Shown piece after piece: positions 26,701 to 38,700 of a stretch of DNA of 64,000 nt; the first letter of the stretch is position 1, and the number at the start of each line of letters is the position of its first letter. Location: contig JAGIQG010000008.1 of the NCBI GenBank assembly GCA_024679065.1, forward strand, positions 97,092,001 to 97,156,000, given 5' to 3'. Source of the DNA: Sphyrna mokarran (taxonomy: Eukaryota). A program made the position numbers and the translations under genes. Under the pieces are notes generated by a model. That model did no database searches. It saw only the letters and a program-made list of their open reading frames with translations, and had not been told where the DNA came from.

Positions 26701-29700
26701 TGCAAGTGGCACCATTTTAAGTATCTGAAAATTACATATAAAGGATCCAGAATTGTTTGCTCGTTTTATTGGTGTATAATAAACTATTTCAAGAAAAATA
26801 GTATTCAAAACTTATAAAATTTGATTATTGGTGTTTCTGTGCCAAAAAAGGCTAATTGTAAAAGAAGGTTGGAAATAGAAACATTTAAATGCTGGAAACT
26901 CTGAGCAGATCTGGCTGATTTGGAGGCATCACTAACCTGAGGCACTGATTGTCATTCTTTCGCTACAGATGCTGGAAAACCTGTTGAAATTTTCATTTAT
27001 TTACTTAAGACCTTGAAGCCAAACAGGTCCATGTACAAGGCTTGGGTGAAGTGATTGACTTGACCTTGAGCCATGGCCCATTGTGTTGATGGGGCGAGCT
27101 TCAGCACATAACTTTCTAAACTAGCTCAAAAAGGTCACAGAAATTTGATTTGTGCTGATTGCAGTTTGCACTGCTTTCGTTGTCTGTATTAAGTCTTCGG
27201 AAGCAAAGGTCCCTTCACCAAAATCCCTTTATTTATAAGTCTGACAACAGCATACAGAATGCTTTCAGTTAGCAGTCTACACTAGGAGTCCCAGAAGAAC
27301 TGACACTCCTGGTTAAATACAAAGCAAGAGGCTCCCTGAATAACTCATCAGTTCTAACAGGCCAACCTCAATTGCCTGATTAAAGTCATTACATTTGGCT
27401 GAAATAACTTGGGGAATAAAGCAGCACAACCTAATTGAAACCTCTGTCCTATGCAGATAGATAAGGTATAATGTCTTCTATGTATACTTCTTCACTCAGC
27501 CAGTGGCCTAGCAAGAAAATAAATAAATCAACATATGAGCGTTTAAACTGTTAACTGTTATTTTGTTTTATTAGTTCCTCCGGAAATTATTGTGAACAAA
27601 CCTTCCATCATTTGCCATTTAGAAGAAGCTACCATCAGTTACCAAATTCTGAAGTTCAGACCTCGGGAAATTATAATTAATTTACTCATGAAGAGGACGA
27701 AGGATCAAAAGCAAAAAAAGATTTTTGAATGGAGTAGCCTGGAGAACAAAACCAGTTTACCGTCCAGAGATACAACCAGTGAAGTGCAGCTTCTTATCAA
27801 TGGCAGTGAAGAAGACCCATCTTTTCGGCCATCGCAGCCAGTAATTTCTAATAATGGAGATAGAACCTTCAAATTACAGGGCGCTATCAAAATATATCCT
27901 GATATATTCAAAGATAATAGGGCCGAATTAATTTTCCACATTCAGCATCAACCCTTGGCACAAGCTGTTCTGAAATCTGTAACACTGGACATTAGAGGAG
28001 GTAAATCATGAACATTATTATTAATGCTTTTTGAATCCAGTCTGGATTTATTTTGTGAACTTGTGTCTTTGAATATATGAAGTGACATGTGCTTAATCGT
28101 AATAAAGCAGTTCTGCCATCTGTAGTCTCCAAATTATGGAGAAATCCACCTGTGAAATAGTATGTTGTAGGTAAAGATGCCTCTGAGACGAATTGAGTCA
28201 AAGTACAGTAGTTTATTCAAAAGCTTTTGGGAGACACACCTGTCACCTAACAACGGTTCCCCAGTGTCTCTCCAAATACAAGTTAAGAGCATATATTTAT
28301 ATCCCCAATCATGTATGCATCTCCTCATTCTCAGCAAGTTCCCAAGCTGTGGGTTGTCCTCCATCATGGGAACATGGCTGCCTCGGCATTTCTTCATGGT
28401 TATCTCAAGGCCACAATTGAGTGTGTGATTAGCTCTTAGCTAACATTCAGGCTGACAAGACAAGTTAAAATTAACGGGTTATATAACATATGTATAATAT
28501 GTTGGTACATGACACATAAGCAGTATATAATGTGTACATATGAAATATATTTAGTACATATAAACTTCACTATATTAGGCGAAAGTCCACGAAATTAAAG
28601 AGACAACTTAACTACAAGCTGGGTCAGCTATATTTCTGGGCGGACTTATCATAAACTTAATAGCAAGAGCAGTTGCCGCCTCCCTGTCTGGGTCACCTGA
28701 AACTTGTGTACAACAACAAGGGCAGCTACAGTTTGGGCACACAAAAACAAAGTTACATTTATCTGAAATATATAAAAACAGGCTGCATCTAGGTTACTGG
28801 ATATTTTTCGCATTCTCTCAAGTGTTATAAAGTTCGTTAACTCATTCCCTACTGCATAGTATTTTCTCACTCTTATTAATGCTGAAAATTATTTTGGATT
28901 AAATTGTTGGCTGTTTTCTGTTTTGTTTTTTGTTCCCAAAGTCCCACCAAAAGTTTCAAACATTGTGGCACCGCTTCAAACTAATCACAATGAACCTGTG
29001 GCCTTGACTTGTTCAATCAATGGCTTCAAACCAAGACCATTAATGATAACATGGCAACAAGTGGACATGGATGGCAGGTTGAAAGAAATTGTTCGTTTGG
29101 ATCAGAACAACAGTACAATTTTTGCTGCTGACGATGGGATAATGCAAAAGTATAAACATCAAATAAGTGAGATTGAGTATGAAGATAAATCATATGGCAT
29201 CACCAGTATCCTAATTGTTGTGCCAAATATATTTCAAGATCAGAACACAAAGTATATCTGTGAAGTACAACACGAATGCACTCAGAGTGTGGTGATGAAA
29301 GAAATAACGTTACATGTTAGTGGTATGTAATATTTTCGACATTTTTAATGAGTGAAGAGTTCTGAACATGATATTTCTCCAACTGAGGTTATTGTGTAAC
29401 TTTTTATTTTGCACTTAGCCCATTCTGAATTTTCAGAACACAATGGATTAAATTATCTAGCCATTGGCTGAGATAGGGTAGAATCCAGACCCAGTATCTC
29501 TAATCTGTCTCTGTTAAAATCTACAGTAACTTTGTTTTTCCTGTTTCTTATTCAGCCCCTCCAAAACTGGATAAGATAACATGTGAAGAAAAAACAATTG
29601 CAGGAGAGCCCATGACTTTATACTGTCGAATACATTCTTTCTACCCCAAGAAAATTGAAGTTACTTGGCTCAAAAGTGGTGAAGAAATGACAGAAAAATC

Positions 29701-32700
29701 TGAAGACATTGAGCCAACTCTGGGAAGTGATGGACTCCATTACTTGACAAGTAGTGTGAAGTGTGTACTGACCAAAGCTGATGTTGGGAAGACGTACACA
29801 TGCCGAGTAGAACATAAAAGCCTAGTAGTGCCATTGGAAGTTAACTGGGTGCTCAATCGACTGGGTAAGCAACTGTTACCACAAACAAAAATAAGTATGC
29901 TTACTGGATGAAAATCAAATCAAATGAGAAAGTGACAGATGATTATACTTTTATCGCATTTTCTTTATCATGAATCAGAGCCAAAACAAATCACACATTA
30001 TGTAACAAGGAAATTATGTGACAAAAAGCTAAATTTTACTTTAGACATGAGATATCACATTGATTTTCACCCCCCCCTCCCATATAGTTACACAGTTCCA
30101 TAAATAAAACATTGTCCTTTATTTGTGCAGGGAGTCCTATCTGACAACAGCTTTCACCTTCATGTTTCATGAATATGAGCACCGACGCATGTTTCTATGA
30201 ACCCTCTTCCCCCTCCAGTCACAAATATGATGTTGTAGCTTTCCAGACCTCAGAGTTCTTTTCCAACTGGTCAAATTATAACACTTTGCAGTTTAGCCAC
30301 TTGGGGGAAACATTCAGTTTTTAAGCATCTGCAAGCTCTTTACACAGTCTTCCAGGTTTTGTGTACGCATCACCAGTTTGCACAGTACCTCAGAAGAGTT
30401 CCCATCTTCTATTTTTCTGCCAAACAGGCAAAATTGATTTTCTCTGTAGAAGAAACCACTTGTATTTCTCCTTTTCTGTATTTGTATTTTTTCTGCATCC
30501 ATGCACCAAGTATCTTCACCTTCCAACTCATCTGCTTGTGGCAGTCCTTTGAACCTAGCTGCCAGCCACACAACTTCTTTGTTAACCTCCTTTCTTTTTT
30601 TACTGTTTCCAGATCAAGGGTTGCCAGGTCACATGGACCTGTATTTCTTATTATTTGAAGGAAATTTCAATGACTTCTTTTACAGTTGATACAGACGTTT
30701 AAAACTCTTCAAAACGTTTACAGATTCCATGTACTTTTCAAGGAATTACATTTTCTTTGTGTTTTGCTTCAGTGTTGAAAAATAGTAGAGCATCTGACAG
30801 GTATCAGTTTACAAGACTCTTGCTCATTTAGGGATGTATATTGTTTGTGTGGCAGATTTCTGTGAGCTGATACCATAATAATCTGGGGAAAATCTGGTGC
30901 AGGAAATGCAGTTATATATCTCCTTAGCTTTTAACAAACTTAAGATTTTTCACTTGTTCATGGAACATGGGTATCACTGAACAAGGTCAACAAAAAACCC
31001 ATCCCTAACGATCCTTCAGAAGATGGTAAGCCACCTTCTTTAACAGTTGCAGTTTGTGCTAGGTAGGTACTCCCACAGTGCGATTGACAGAAATTCCAGT
31101 AATCAAAAGGCAATATATTTCCAAATCAGGATGGGCGTGTCATTTGGAGAGGAAATTGTGTGATGTATTCACCTCTACTTTTGTACTACTAGGTTAGTTA
31201 TTGAGTGAACCTTGGTAGATAGCCACAGTGTGTCCTACAGGAAGTACACATTACTGTCACTGTGTGCTGGTGGTGGAGAGAGTTAATATTTGAGGAGATA
31301 AATAGGGTATCAAATAAACAGACTTCTTTTGTTGTAGATGGTGTTTGAACTCATTGAAATTTGTTGGAGCTGCATTTATCCAGACAGATGGAGATTATTT
31401 CATTATTAGCCCGTCTCATGCCTTGTAGTTGGTGCAAAGTCTTCAGAAGACAGAGTAATGAACTTCTCATGACTAACCTGGTTAGCCATAAGAGATGCAT
31501 GGTTACAGTGGTTAGCACTGCTGTTTCACAGCTCCAAGGACTTGGGTTCGATTCCTGGTTCTGCTCACTGTGTAGAGTTTGCACAGTCCCCTCATGAGTA
31601 CTTGGGTTTCCTGCAGGTGCTCTGGTTTCCTCCCACAGTCCAAAGATGTGATTTGCCATGCTAAAAATTGCCTCTTAATGTCCTGAGATGCGTAGGTTAG
31701 AGGGATTAGTGAGTAAAATATATGGCGGTAGGGCCTGGGTGGGATTGTGGTCAGTGCAGACTCAATGGGCCAAATGGCCTCTTTTTGCATTGTAGGGTTT
31801 CTATAATTCTATGAACCCAGTTAAATTTCTGGTCAGTGGTGATCCAAAGATGTTGATCACAGGCAAGGTTTGGCAATTATAATGCCCTTGAATATCAGTG
31901 GAGGTGGTGTCAAAGGTTGATGGTTAGACTCTCTTTGTTGGAGATGTTTATTGCCTGGCAAATGTGAGGTCTGTATGTAACTTTGTTTATCAACCCATAT
32001 CTAAATGTTATTCATGTCCTGCTGCATGTGAGCATTGAATGGGGTCTGACATTATGGTAGTTATTACATCCTGGTTCAGGACATATCCAGGAATAGTGAT
32101 AGACAATTCTAACACATTCATTGAGAGGTATTATTCTGAATCTAACTAAATCAGCCTATTACTTAAAAGTCTACTCAGCAGCTCATTCAATTTGGCACTA
32201 GTTCCCAGATGTTAGTCAGAAGGATTTGCAGTCTTGACTGGGATGGTTGCATCAAGTGGTGAAATCAAGAGTGCGGTGTTTGATGGAGAGAGAAATTCGT
32301 TCAGGCAAATTTAATGTCTGAGAGAAAAAACACAAAAGAAACAATAGTTTATATAAAATTACATTTAAACATGTTACTTTCCTAAAATTTGCAAAAAAAT
32401 ATAAAGTACTAGACAGAATTCTCATATTTAGTTCACTCCTGTCTCTGCTGATCTGCTGAAATCCTCATTTATGCCTTTTGTTAAGCATTGACTACTATAT
32501 CGCACTCCTCACAAGTATCACGTATTCTACCCTCTGTAAAATTGAATCATACAGAACTCTGCTGCAATTACTTTGGGATGTTTCATTTTGAAAACACTAT
32601 ATTTGTGGAAGTTATTAATGTTCCGTGCTGGAGGTCATGACAGGCCATAATCAACACATCGTTAATTGAGCTTTTAAATTAAAGATGATGCCATATCTTT

Positions 32701-35700
32701 AAGATAAACTCTGTAATTTTTTTGTGGTGCGTTCAAGGCAATCCAAACTATTTGTGACACGTTTAGTTCAATAACTACTGTACAAAAACAGTGATATTGT
32801 TCCTTTCAATGCATTCAAATGGCGAGCCAGAGACCTAGCTGCTATTTTCACAAATGTGATGGCAATTCAGTCAGCAACTCTTATCTAAGTCCGTAAATAC
32901 TAGATTGTTAATGAATTTCTTTTGAAGTGTAATCTTTGGTTTTCTGGGCAAACAGGGCAATTTGTGCAAAGCAGTGTCCCACAAACAGCCATGTGATGGA
33001 CAACCAGTTCTTCTGTTTCTTTTTTGCTGAGTGTGTTAGAATGTGTGAAATGTTGGTCAGAACTCCTTGCTCTAGGGAATAAGTTCAATGAGATCTTTGC
33101 CAGAAGAGGTGAATCCAGCTACTTTTTCTTTCTGCAATATAATGACCTAACTTTCTGTGAATTATTCCCTCAAGCTCTGGGATGGCACTTAGCAACTAGA
33201 TCCTATTCAAAGGTGAGAGGCGAACCAAGCTGAGCGGTGTTGCAAAGCATTGTTTGCAGCCCTACGTTAACTCGTAGGCAGAAAGCATCATCTGATTTCA
33301 GCCTGAGCAATTGAAAAGTAAAACACAAAGAATGGCTTCCTGTGTTGTCATTTGGCCTGTCATATCCATGCCAAATTCTGCTAAAGCAACCTGCTCTAGT
33401 CATTCCCCCATTATTTCCCTCTACCCTCCAATATTTTGAGCTTCAGTTAATTATCCAGTTCACTTTTGAAAACTATAATTAAATCTACCTCTACCCGCTC
33501 ATGATATTAAACATCTTTAGCAAATTCCTTCTTAATCTTCTCTGCTCTAAGCAGAATGATTGCAGCTTTTCTAGTCTGTCCACATCCTTCAATCCTTTGT
33601 TATAGTAAATCTCTGCAGCAACCTTAAACATCCTTTCCAACACAGGGTGCCTGGACTTGAAGACCACACTCCAACTGGGGGTTAACTAGTGATAAGACTG
33701 CAGATTCGATCACTGAGTTAACTGAGGCATTGGTGGAGCACAGTAATCTGCCTTGGCCCCCATGAACTAGATGAATTATCACTAATTACTGACTCTCGGT
33801 TTCAAAGATTGAGTGTTTTAACTGGTGAATGAAAGATTAGGTTTGAATAGCCTCTGAGCATTCATTGTTCAGTCTCAAAAATGACAAGTGATAATGTCCA
33901 GCAGATGCCGGAGCAACTGTGGTCTGGGACACTGTGAAGGAGTGAAAAAACCAAAGCAGAGAAAAATGATGTTTTGTTCAAAACATCAATATTTGAAAGT
34001 TTATCAAAGTGCAGTAGAGTTTTGATTTAAATTGTGGTATTCATTCAGTTATGCAATCCCATTAACACTGTTTATTTTATATATGTCAGTGTCCAAGCCA
34101 AAGATAACAGAGGTTATAGCAGATCCTGTTCACCCAGAAGTGGGAAAACCTGTAACACTTTCCTGCAAAGCATTCAACTTCTTCCCAGAAGACAATAAAA
34201 TATTCTGGTTCAAAGGGTTTGAAAAAACTGAAAATGGCGTTCAAACGGAAGACGTTCAGTTGGATAAAGCAACTGGTTTATACTTTCGATGGTCGAAAAG
34301 GACATTTATTCCAACTTATTTGGACCACGGAAAAGAGTTCAAGATGCAAATCCTTCACTCTGAAACTTCAAACAAACCTATCTCATCCAGCCATTTTCTG
34401 AAAATAATGGGTAAGCAAGATCCCAGAAATCTCATAGTACCAATTATATTGAAAAGAGATATGTTCCAAATTCATGAATGTGACATGTTTTAATAGAGAC
34501 TATTTAAACAAAGATAACAGCCATTATAATCACTTCAGAGACTGTTACCTTTGAAAGAGAAATCTGAACACATTCTAACCAACAGAACTATGCTACAAAA
34601 TTTCACTTTCTGAAAAAAAAGAACCAGTTTTATTGTATTGAAGAAATTAAAGCGAGTACGATTAACTACATATATTATGCACTCTGGTTTACATCTTTTT
34701 CCCAAAGAATTCCCTTATAAGACACATCAGTATTAAAGTTATTTACTTCTGTATGGACCCCATAAATGTGCCACTGTATTGGGAATATTCTCAGAAGAAA
34801 AATACTTAAAATCTGATAGAGGTGAAACCCGTGATGAGGCTAGGGAAAGGCTAGCCCATTGCACTAGGGGTGGGCAGACGCCTTTGATCATGGTTCGCTT
34901 AAGCCAAATTAGAGTGAAGGATCAGAATAGCCAGTGAGGTTAAACCAAGACTTTATCTGATGCAATTTTTCAAAGCCACCTTGGCCTTTTGGCTGAGATG
35001 AAGCGTTAGATCAAGCCCAGGAGGGGGATGCAACGTCTCATCATGTTAGCTTGGATCTTGTTTCAATGAGCCCAAGATAGGATTATTCATTCATTCATGG
35101 GAAATGGGCATTGCTGGCTGGTCAGCATTTATTGTTCATCTCTAATTGCCCCGGGATAGTTGAGAGTCAGCCACATTGCTGTGGGTCTGGAGTCACATGT
35201 AGGCCAGATCGAATAAGGAAGGCAGATTTCCTTTCCTTCCCTTCCAAAGGACACTAGTATACTAGTTAGGTTTTTCCCAACAATTAACAGTGGTTTCATG
35301 GTCATCAATAGATTCTTAATTCCAGATTTTGGTTTTAATTGAATTCAAATTCCACCATTAGCCTTTGTAGGATTCGAATTTGAGTCTCCAGAACATTAGC
35401 TAAGTTTCTGGATTATAATCTAGCGATAATACCACTGGGCCATCATTCGTCCAATGCAAAGTCTTGTTTGTCCTTCATCTGGAGACCTTGGTTGTCTTCA
35501 TTTAAAATAGCTTCTTTGATTAGAAATAAAGCTGCCAAAAAAAAACTTTATTTAACATCTCTGGACAGTGGCTGCCCTAGTCTTTTTCAAATACTTCTAA
35601 GCTAATCTGTTTTGGATGCTTTATTTGCTGAAAGACTATAGGGACCATCGGGGAGTCAGTTAGCTCAGTTGGCTGGCTGGTTAGTTCACGATTAGTGTGA

Positions 35701-38700
35701 TGCCGACAACACAGGTTCAATTCCCTGACCAGTTGAGGTTATTCATCAATGCCTGCCTTCTCAACCTTGCCCTTTGCCTGAGATGTGGTAATCCTCAGGT
35801 TAAATCAACAAATAAAGCTCAGCTGTGAGAGCTTCCAACCTGAATTCTCTCCCACCCAGACATCTTGCTGGCAGATTTTGAGATGGGAGAGAGGGCAGGC
35901 AGTTTTGCGATGGGGCAGACTGGGCCTCTATGACACTTGCCCCTGAATAATTCCTTAAATAGCCACTTAAGGACCCTTTCCCACCCAGCTTCACTTATTG
36001 GGCTTCACACTGAGGGCACCCTCCACTCAGGGCTATGTTTCCATTGGTTCCCAGGATGACAGGAGCCAACCATGGCTGCCTCTAATAGGATGCTGGCATG
36101 GCCTTTATTTTGTAGATAATTTTAAATATGCCACTGGAGGAATGGGCTATCTGCTTCAGAGTGCCTTCAGAAATGGTGCCATGTCACTTACATTCCTGCT
36201 TTGCTTGTGACCTTTGCTTTCAGTGGTAGAATTGGTCCCAAATTGTGCTATTCCAACATAATTGCAATTATCAAATCAGTAGCATGAATGTTCTGTAAGT
36301 AAGAATTTTTTTTTTAAGCTGTAAGCCTAAGTTGCACAATGGTAAATGGGATGACTGCTCTTGTATAAAAGTCTATGGCTTGTATAAAAATTGCACATTT
36401 GGGAGAAAAAGCCATCTTTTGAATCTCCTTTTTGACACTTCAACCTGATGACTATTTGGTACAGTAGTCAATTGTAGTTTCATGCTATTTTTTATAGGAA
36501 TTCCATCTGTTGAAGATATCAAATTTGATCCACCGGAAGCCGTATATGGTTCAGATCTTGTTTTGAGCTGCAGCATCTCTAACTTTTACCCACAAACTAT
36601 TGAAACAGCTTGGCATAATAAACAAGGCCAGATAGTCAAAGGGATCATAATTAAAGGACCTGTGAAGGATGAAAGAGGATGTTTTCGGTTGACTTCCCAC
36701 TTGCAAATAAAACCAACTGCACAAGATTTCAATGAAGTATTTTACTTCCACGTGAATCATATGCAGCTAAAAGCTCCAATTGTAAAACAGACATCTCTAA
36801 CACTTCCAGGTAGGTTTTATCCTGATCCTTCTATTTACAAGTTTGAAAAGTTCCACTTCACTTTTAAATATTTGTGATTTAAGTGAATGCCTTAGGCCAC
36901 ACACAAATAAGTGGGGGCAGCATGGTAGTGCAGTGGTTAGCACTGCTGCTTCACAGTGCCAGGAACGCAGGTTCGATTCCCGGCTTGGATCACTGCCTAT
37001 GTGGATGTTCACCCCCGTGTCTGCGTGGGTTTCATCCAAGTGCTCTGGTTGCCTCCCACTTCTGAAAAGCATGCTGATTAGGTGCATTGACCGGAATAGG
37101 GGAATTTCACAATAACTTCATTACAGTGTTAATGTAAGCCTTACTTGTGACCAATAAATAAACTTAATTTTAACTTTAATCCAACTAGATATGAGAAAAT
37201 TTGGAGAAGAACACGTTTATTATGAGCCATTTTACATTAAATAAGTAATTAGAATTTGATACATTGGAGAAAAAAACTTCAATTTAAGTTACTTGAAGGA
37301 TATTTGATTTAAGGCAGTTATATTCACTGTAAAATATTACATTCCCATTAAATGAATCTTGCAAGTTCTGAACTTCTTTCTGCCTTAAAACATCAGTTCT
37401 TCAGCTTGTTAAAAATATCAAACTTTCACAACAAATCTGTTAAATAGGATTTTGACATTTTTCTTTTGTGTGATACAGCTTCCTGCCTGAATATTAATTC
37501 AATGACCTTTATTGTCTGGAATGTCCCTTTGACACCTATGGGTATCTGTTACAACATATTGCAGTAAAATGGTACACCAAAGTACTCCTCCAGATCAGTA
37601 CTATTCTCAAAATAATCTTTTCTGTACCTAATTTAAACTGTACATCCATAGAAGATATTACAATAATTTTCTTTTAGCAAGTTCATGCATATTTATTAAT
37701 ATGTGTATAATTCAGACTAGAAGATAAGATTAATTCATTTGCTTCAATAGGAAACGTTCATGACAATTTTAATTTGTTTTTCAGCTCATTCTCCTACCTT
37801 GTCTTCTATTGAAGCTGATCCACCAGTCCCTGAAGCTAATCAGCTTGTAACATTCAGTATCTCATTGAAAAGCTATGCTCCTGAAGTTGTCCAAGTGAAG
37901 TGGTTTAAAAATGGGAAACCTTGTTCAGGACAAGTTAGCAATTCTTGTCCTGTGATTGCTAATGATGGTCTCTTTTCATCAGTCACAAGCATTAAATTTA
38001 AAGCAAATGAGAACGATCATGACAGTTTGATCAGATGTGAAGTGATTCATATAGAAACGAAAGAAATTCAAGAGAAAATTTTCAAATTACTCCTTAAAGG
38101 TGGGTGTTGTTTCATGGGATTGAATTCAAAATAAAGGATTTCAATACAATTGTTATAATTGCAATATTGATGGTTTTGTTGGAATTAGAAGTACTCATTT
38201 ACATGTTTATATGACAATGAAACTTAATATTGGATAAACATTTTTTTTACGGCTGGGAGTATTTTTCGGTAAATTCAGCTTCTTTCAATACAATTGAATG
38301 GGTTACTTAATACTCCTAACGTGTCAAACAAAATAAACATTTCTATGTATTTAACTAAATTTCTCTGTTTAGGTGTTGACAGTGAAGATGCAGCTTATGA
38401 AAACCTAGGAAATGATGAAGGTGAAGTATTCACTTTGAGAAGTTCCTGTTTTGTGCGTGTTTGTTGTAATCCATAATGGATCAGTGTAGCATTTCAGGTT
38501 ATTATACGGAATAAACAGATAGTCCTTTTTAGATCTGCTTCCCATTGTGGTAGAAGTATAAGGCAGTAATGATACGATGACATTCTGCATTCTAGTTTCC
38601 ATCATTTTTGCCTGATTTTATAAAGTTGTAAAGATGCTCATTGAGGGTCGCTGGGCAAAAGATGTTTAAAAAAAAACACATTTAAAGAACCAAACCCAAA

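Noticed and set aside
27190-28600. Two solo-LTR-like segments (~27190-27395 and ~28190-28590) around exon 5
   Set aside because: TATA-like and poly(A)-like words occur on the minus strand, but I could not define termini or target duplications.
28942-29864. Interpreting the C1 exon array as an immunoglobulin heavy-chain (IgW/IgNAR) or MHC locus
   Set aside because: No RSS-flanked V/D/J segments, the V exon is complete and unrearranged, there is no secretory tail or C-terminal TM, and there are no MHC groove domains.
30130-30790. Minus-strand coding-like stretch in intron 7 (possible transposase or retrocopy)
   Set aside because: Multiple stops and no motif I can assign to a family.
36914-36990. 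tRNA gene
   Set aside because: The A and B boxes belong to a SINE head that continues into SINE body and tail; no full cloverleaf.
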